A stretch of DNA of 64,000 nt from Microgenomates group bacterium Gr01-1014_7 (GTDB lineage Bacteria > Patescibacteriota > Microgenomatia > Daviesbacterales > UBA10151). The stretch covers positions 19,337 to 83,336 of the forward strand of contig VMGD01000006.1 of assembly GCA_007376405.1 (NCBI GenBank), read 5' to 3'. The notes beneath the pieces were generated by a model. That model saw only the letters and a list, made by a program, of their open reading frames with translations, ran no database searches and was not told the origin of the DNA. The position numbers and the translations under genes are program-made. Positions 58,953 through 64,000 of the stretch are shown piece by piece (position 1 is the first letter of the stretch; every line of letters begins with the position of its first letter).

Positions 58953-59365
58953 AACGGAAAAGAGTATTTATCGACTCAAATGTAATTATTTCCTCACTTA
59001 TATCAGAAACAGGAGCTTCACATATTCTATTAAATAACCCAGAGTTGGAATTGTTTGTAACCGATAAATCTGTTGAAGAAATGGAAGAAGTGGCAGATAG
59101 GTTAAGTCTTAGCAAAAAGAAACTAAAGAATTTGATCAAAATGAAATTTAAAGCCATTAAATTAGGAGAATTCAAACAAGATATTGAAAATTATGTTTTG
59201 GATGCGGATGATGCTTTTATTCTGGCTGGATCAAAGAAAGCAAGAGCAAGATTTTTAATCTCGTACAATACTAGACACTTTAAGGCAGATAAGATTGCAC
59301 AGGATCTAAAAATTGTAGTATTAACCCCTGCCCAATTCTTACAGTATTTAAGGTCATTACAATAA
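58949..59365 (+). CDS. PIN family toxin
   Basis: VFIDSNV, DADD, LISYN.RHF. Confidence 0.85.
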   Translation: MKRKRVFIDSNVIISSLISETGASHILLNNPELELFVTDKSVEEMEEVADRLSLSKKKLKNLIKMKFKAIKLGEFKQDIENYVLDADDAFILAGSKKARARFLISYNTRHFKADKIAQDLKIVVLTPAQFLQYLRSLQ

Positions 59366-59494
59366 GCGATTCAAGCTATACTTGCATATTTTAAAAGAGT
59401 TTGTTAAGATACGCGCAAATAGAGCAACGTCTTGGCACCGAGGTTGCATCTAGACCCGCCTTCACTAAAGTTTCGGCGGGCAAGGAAGGAAAAG

Positions 59495-59764
59495 ATGCCA
59501 CTTGATCCAAAAATTAAGCAGAAAATAATTAAGGAATTTGCCACAAAGAGCGGTGATACAGGTTCTCCTGAAGTTCAAGTTGCCCTGCTTTCTGAACAGA
59601 TTAAAAACTTAACTTCCCATTTAAAAGAACATACTCATGATATCCATTCAAGGAGGGGTCTTTTGTCTATGGTTAATAAAAGGAGAAGACTTTTGCAATA
59701 TCTTGTAAAAAAGGATGAAGAAAGGTACAAAGTAGTTATAGATAAGTTGGGACTATCAAAGTAG
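59495..59764 (+). CDS. rpsO: 30S ribosomal protein S15
   Basis: [21 protein letters not shown]. Confidence 0.97.
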   Translation: MPLDPKIKQKIIKEFATKSGDTGSPEVQVALLSEQIKNLTSHLKEHTHDIHSRRGLLSMVNKRRRLLQYLVKKDEERYKVVIDKLGLSK

Positions 59765-59898
59765 CCCGGAATATGCTATAATTATTTAATTAAGAAAGAT
59801 TTGGGGATTGCAAAGAAATAATTAATCGGTTTAATTGTTTCTTCCACAGTTTCCAAATCCTCGAAAAAAATGTCATTCCTGCAAAAGCAGGAATCCAT

Positions 59899-62256
59899 AT
59901 GAACAAAATAGTTACAAAAGAAATTGACCTTAATGGTCGTAAATTAAAACTAGAAACAGGCAAGCTTGCTACTCAGGCTAATGCTTCAGTAGTTGCCAGC
60001 TGGGGTGAAACTGTTGTTTTGGCAACCGCTACATCAGTGCCCCAGGCAGAAGATGTTGGTTATTTTCCACTTTCGGTCGAATTTGTAGAAAAACACTATG
60101 CCGGTGGGAGGATTTCTTCTTCCAGGTTCATTAAAAGGGAAGCCAGGCCCTCGGATGAGGCTACTTTAACAGGCAGGTTAATTGACCGCTCCATCCGCCC
60201 GCTTTTCCCTAAAGAATATCATGATGAAGTACAAGTGATAGTGACTGTTTTATCAATAGATCAAACAAATGACCCGGATATTTTAGGTTTAATTGCCGCT
60301 TCGGCTGCACTTTCTATCTCATCTGTTCCCTGGCATGGCCCTTTAGGTGTGGCCAGGATTGGTGAAGCCGAAGGCAAATTAATGATCAATCCCACCATAG
60401 AAGAGCTGGAAAATTCCAACCTGGATTTGTTTGTTGCTTCACGTAGCGATAAAGTGGCCATGATTGAAACTAAAGCTAATCAAGTTTCAGACGAGCTGGT
60501 TTTCAGCGCAATTCAAAAAGCTCATGAGCATTCTCAACCCATTATTTCTTTGATTGAGGAGTTTACAGCCGAAGCAGGTAAAGAAAAACAAAACTACTCA
60601 ACTGTGGCAGAAGAGGTCGAAGAAGCGCTACTTAAAGAAGTTAAGGAGATTACCAGAGAGCGGATTGAAAAAGCTTTATTTGATGAAAAAACCGCCTGGC
60701 ATGATTCAATGGCGGATCAAATCAAACAAGAGTTGACCACAAAATATACTGAAGTTTTAACTCCCTTAATTATCTCCGGAGTGTTTGATAAGGTGGCTAA
60801 AGAGATTATGAATGATCTGGTGCTAAAACAGGGGAAGCGGGTTGACAACAGAAAAATGGATGAGGTTAGGCCAATTGAAATTGAAGTTGGAATTTTACCC
60901 AGGACGCACGGTTCTGCTTTGTTTTCCAGAGGAGATTCACAAATATTATCAGTGGTTACCTTAGGCGCACCTTCCCTTGGTCAAACAATAGAGGGCATGG
61001 AAGGAGAGCGAATCAAGAGGTTTATGCATTATTACAATATGAGTATTAATCCTTTTTCAACAGGTGAGGTAAAAAGGATTGGCCCGCCCTCCCGCCGTGA
61101 TGTTGGTCATGGGGCACTGGGAGAAAAAGCGCTTGAGCCGGTTATACCAAAAGAGGATCAATTCCCCTACGCCATCAGGATTGTATCCGAGGTGTTGGGA
61201 GCTAATGCTTCCACTTCCCAGGCGGCAATTTGTGCCTCCAGCTTGGCACTTTTTGATGCCGGAGTTCCGATTGAACCGGTGGCCGGTATAGCTTTGGGTC
61301 TTTTATCGGATGGAGATAAGTTTCAGGTCATTACCGATATGCGGGCAGTGGAGGATTTTTACGGAGAAATGGATTTTAAAGTAGCCGGAACTAAAACCGG
61401 CATTACCGCAATTCAAATGGATACAAAACTGGAAGGGATTAGTTTTGACATTATTGAAGAAGCGCTTAAACAGGGTAAAGCTGCCAGGGAGTTTATTCTG
61501 GATAAGATGAGTAAAGCCATTGCTGTTCCGGGAGAGATGTCTCCTCATGCACCCCGTGTAGAAATTATTCATATTAAACCTGAAGATATTGGAGCTTTAA
61601 TTGGACCGGGAGGTAAAAATATTAATGGTATTATTGCCAAAACCGGAGCTCAAATTGATATTGAGGATGACGGAACAGTGATGGTTTCCGCAACCAATCC
61701 CGAAGCTATTAAAGCAGCAATGGAGGCCATAGAAGGTCAGTTCAAAGAAGTTACTGTTGGGGAAGAGTTTACCGGTAAAGTCGTAAGACTGGCTGCTTTT
61801 GGAGCTTTTGTTAATATTTTACCGGGCAAAGATGGACTGGTGCATATTTCCCAAATGGCTCCTGGCAGAGTGGAGCGAGCGGAAGATGTGGTATCGGAAG
61901 GCCAGGAGGTTAAAGTCAGGGTAACAGATGTCTCACCGGAAGGAAAAATTGGATTGAGCATGCTTTTTGGAGCGGATATTAAACCGGAAAGCGAGGGTAG
62001 GCCCTCAGGTGGAAGTCGCGGATTTGGTGACAGGCCCAGGTTTGGTGATAGACCTAGATTTGGACGACCAGCCTCTGGCTGGGGCGGAAGAGATAGGCGA
62101 CCATCAACCGGTGGGTTTAGAGATAGAGGTTCCGCGTCAGGTGGACGGGGATTTGGCGCTAGACCCTCTTTTGACAGAAGACCCTTCGATAGAACTCAGG
62201 GCAGGCGATCAGGTGGTGACAGAGGTCCCTCCCGCGGCGGACGCAGTGGATATTAA
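59899..62256 (+). CDS. pnp: Polyribonucleotide nucleotidyltransferase
   Basis: RLIDRSIRPLF, RTHGSALF.RG, MDFKVAGT, KH and S1 domains, RG-rich tail. Confidence 0.97.
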   Translation: MNKIVTKEIDLNGRKLKLETGKLATQANASVVASWGETVVLATATSVPQAEDVGYFPLSVEFVEKHYAGGRISSSRFIKREARPSDEATLTGRLIDRSIRPLFPKEYHDEVQVIVTVLSIDQTNDPDILGLIAASAALSISSVPWHGPLGVARIGEAEGKLMINPTIEELENSNLDLFVASRSDKVAMIETKANQVSDELVFSAIQKAHEHSQPIISLIEEFTAEAGKEKQNYSTVAEEVEEALLKEVKEITRERIEKALFDEKTAWHDSMADQIKQELTTKYTEVLTPLIISGVFDKVAKEIMNDLVLKQGKRVDNRKMDEVRPIEIEVGILPRTHGSALFSRGDSQILSVVTLGAPSLGQTIEGMEGERIKRFMHYYNMSINPFSTGEVKRIGPPSRRDVGHGALGEKALEPVIPKEDQFPYAIRIVSEVLGANASTSQAAICASSLALFDAGVPIEPVAGIALGLLSDGDKFQVITDMRAVEDFYGEMDFKVAGTKTGITAIQMDTKLEGISFDIIEEALKQGKAAREFILDKMSKAIAVPGEMSPHAPRVEIIHIKPEDIGALIGPGGKNINGIIAKTGAQIDIEDDGTVMVSATNPEAIKAAMEAIEGQFKEVTVGEEFTGKVVRLAAFGAFVNILPGKDGLVHISQMAPGRVERAEDVVSEGQEVKVRVTDVSPEGKIGLSMLFGADIKPESEGRPSGGSRGFGDRPRFGDRPRFGRPASGWGGRDRRPSTGGFRDRGSASGGRGFGARPSFDRRPFDRTQGRRSGGDRGPSRGGRSGY

Positions 62257-62305
62257 AATTTCCATTATACTTGACTATTCTTCTTAAATGTGAGAGACTG
62301 GAATC

Positions 62306-62653
62306 ATGTTTGATCCAGTTAAAAATGCCAAGGTATTGGGGGTAGTATATTTGGCATTGGGCTTAATTGGAATTCTTTTTAATGTGTTCTTCTTGGGTTT
62401 GAGTCAACTTTCTTTGGCTTCGGTAATTTCATTTTTATCAACGATTATGATGATGGTAGTAGCTTTTGGACTTTTTAAAACGAAGGCATGGGCGGTGTAT
62501 ACTATTGGGGTTTTGGCTTTCTTGAGTATTATAGGTTTAGTATATGTATACATTACTACTCAAAACATAGGCTCCAGAGATATATTTAACGTGGGTATAA
62601 ATGTGGGAATTTTTATCTGGTTTTATTCAGCTATAAATCGATTTAATAAATAA
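62306..62653 (+). CDS. Hypothetical membrane protein
   Basis: Four hydrophobic segments. Confidence 0.6.
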   Translation: MFDPVKNAKVLGVVYLALGLIGILFNVFFLGLSQLSLASVISFLSTIMMMVVAFGLFKTKAWAVYTIGVLAFLSIIGLVYVYITTQNIGSRDIFNVGINVGIFIWFYSAINRFNK

Positions 62654-62663
62654 TTTGATTATA

Positions 62664-63317
62664 ATGCTAAAATATATTGGAATTGCTATAGTTGTTGTTT
62701 TGGTGGTAGGTTATTTACTTTTAAATCTCACTATCTTTAAAAAAAGTAGTGAAGTTGCAAAAAATTACTCTTCAACTAAAACGGATCCTGAGGCTAATTT
62801 TAAAAGAAATACTCGTCAAATAGATGCTGGTGCATATTTGTTTGAGATGTTGCCAAATGGCAATATTAAGGTTACAAATAGCGACTACAAGATTGTTTTT
62901 GAGATGCCAGCGGATATGGTAGTTAATGTAACTGGAGGAAGTTCTTCCAATGATAAGCCCGGCGAAATTGTTAATAGAAATCTAGCCATACACTCAAATT
63001 ACAGTAGAAAGTACTATGCAAGCCCGATTATTTCATTTGTGGTGCTTCCTGATCCGACGGGTATTTATGTAGACAGTCGAAGAGATTTGATTGGAGCGAC
63101 ACCAGCTAAATTGGCAAGTTTGGAGGCCCTTAGGTTTACCAGTGAAGATGGAGGTGAAACAATTATTGCTAAAGGTAAAGGTTATTCTTTTTCGCTCGAA
63201 CTAAATCTGAAGCCGATTTTGATTAATGATGATAAACCTTTGACTGGAGATGATATTACGACAGGTAAGGCCGCATTTGAGTTAATAAAAGCAACATTTC
63301 AATATACCGGAAATTAA
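62664..63317 (+). CDS. Hypothetical exported or membrane-anchored protein
   Basis: N-terminal TM or signal segment. Confidence 0.6.
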   Translation: MLKYIGIAIVVVLVVGYLLLNLTIFKKSSEVAKNYSSTKTDPEANFKRNTRQIDAGAYLFEMLPNGNIKVTNSDYKIVFEMPADMVVNVTGGSSSNDKPGEIVNRNLAIHSNYSRKYYASPIISFVVLPDPTGIYVDSRRDLIGATPAKLASLEALRFTSEDGGETIIAKGKGYSFSLELNLKPILINDDKPLTGDDITTGKAAFELIKATFQYTGN

Positions 63318-63383
63318 TCTATCTAATCAAGTCAGTACTTCGTCAGTACATTGTACTGACATAATGTGGTATAATATTTGCAT

Positions 63384-63620
63384 ATGTTTACCCAGAAATT
63401 ATACAAGAATGGAAATTCAGTAGTAGTGAGTATCCCTAAAGAATATTTAAAAAAATACAATTTAAGGGATGGAACGGAAGTGGTTGTAGAAGATAAAGAT
63501 GGAATTGTAGTAACGTCTAAGAAAAAGAATACAGCGTTTATTGATTCTAGATTTGCCAGAATGGTTGATGAATTTATTAATGATCACGAGGATGTTTTGG
63601 CAAAACTTGCAAAAAGGTGA
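63384..63620 (+). CDS. AbrB/MazE family antitoxin
   Basis: K.GNS.VVSIPKE motif. Confidence 0.85.
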   Translation: MFTQKLYKNGNSVVVSIPKEYLKKYNLRDGTEVVVEDKDGIVVTSKKKNTAFIDSRFARMVDEFINDHEDVLAKLAKR

Positions 63621-63918
63621 AAACTTCTAAGGTTCAATATCTTACTGTAGTCCAGGTTTTATTTATTCACGATCAGATGGTTAAACGGTTTGGAGGTTCA
63701 TTTGGAGTTAGGGATTTAGGTTTAATCGAATCGGCTGTTGCCAGGCCAGAGGCCAGTTTTGATGGGCAAGATTTATACACGAATATTTTTGATAAGGCAG
63801 CGGCATTACTACAGTCTCTTCTTAAAAATCATCCCTTTGTGGATGGCAATAACAGCATTTACCTCTGGAGCAAATTTCCAAATGGCTAAAAGAGCATTGT
63901 GTAAAATCTAAGAAATAA
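63617..63918 (+). pseudogene. Doc (Fic family) toxin, frameshifted in the catalytic motif
   Basis: GVRD.GL.ESA..RP and KAAAL, then HPFVDGN without KRT; TAFTSGA and KWLKEH continue in other frames. Confidence 0.75.
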
Positions 63919-64000
63919 GTATTAGTTTTTCTTAAAATATTCAGGAAAAGTCCAGGATAAAGTTTTGGGATGAATAATGCCAATGCCTCTAAAAGTTTTA

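Noticed and set aside
1-64000. Additional remote VRs, tRNA/rRNA genes, integrases or IS transposases
   Set aside because: None were recognised by eye; BLAST of both TRs and tRNAscan-SE would be needed to exclude them.

Overview
This is a low-GC, gene-dense bacterial chromosome segment. Its gene content and style (short IF2, PilN/PilO, near-leaderless starts, many toxin-antitoxin pairs) suggest Patescibacteria/CPR, Microgenomates-like; that assignment is an inference. The backbone is housekeeping: groEL, metG, sbcCD, pcrA, tpiA, murJ, lepA, hrcA-grpE-dnaK-dnaJ, nusA-infB, rpsO-pnp. The main result is two separate diversity-generating retroelements (DGRs), at about 16.0-18.4 kb and 40.4-44.4 kb. 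Both have the same layout: target with VR, then TR, then an inverted avd, then RT, then a toxin-antitoxin pair. VR/TR differences are adenine-specific (15/16 and 20/20 mismatches at TR adenines). Both DGRs carry a dinucleotide repeat at the avd/RT junction that leaves the natural start codon(s) out of frame. In DGR2, removing one GA unit restores both overlapping divergent genes at once, making it a candidate phase-variable ON/OFF switch for hypermutation. The two DGRs also share a 15-nt motif upstream of TR. Other observations are a family of small palindromic in-frame insertions in conserved proteins, heptamer repeat arrays around an Avd-like four-helix-bundle gene, and seven TA modules. All alignments and frame counts were done by hand.
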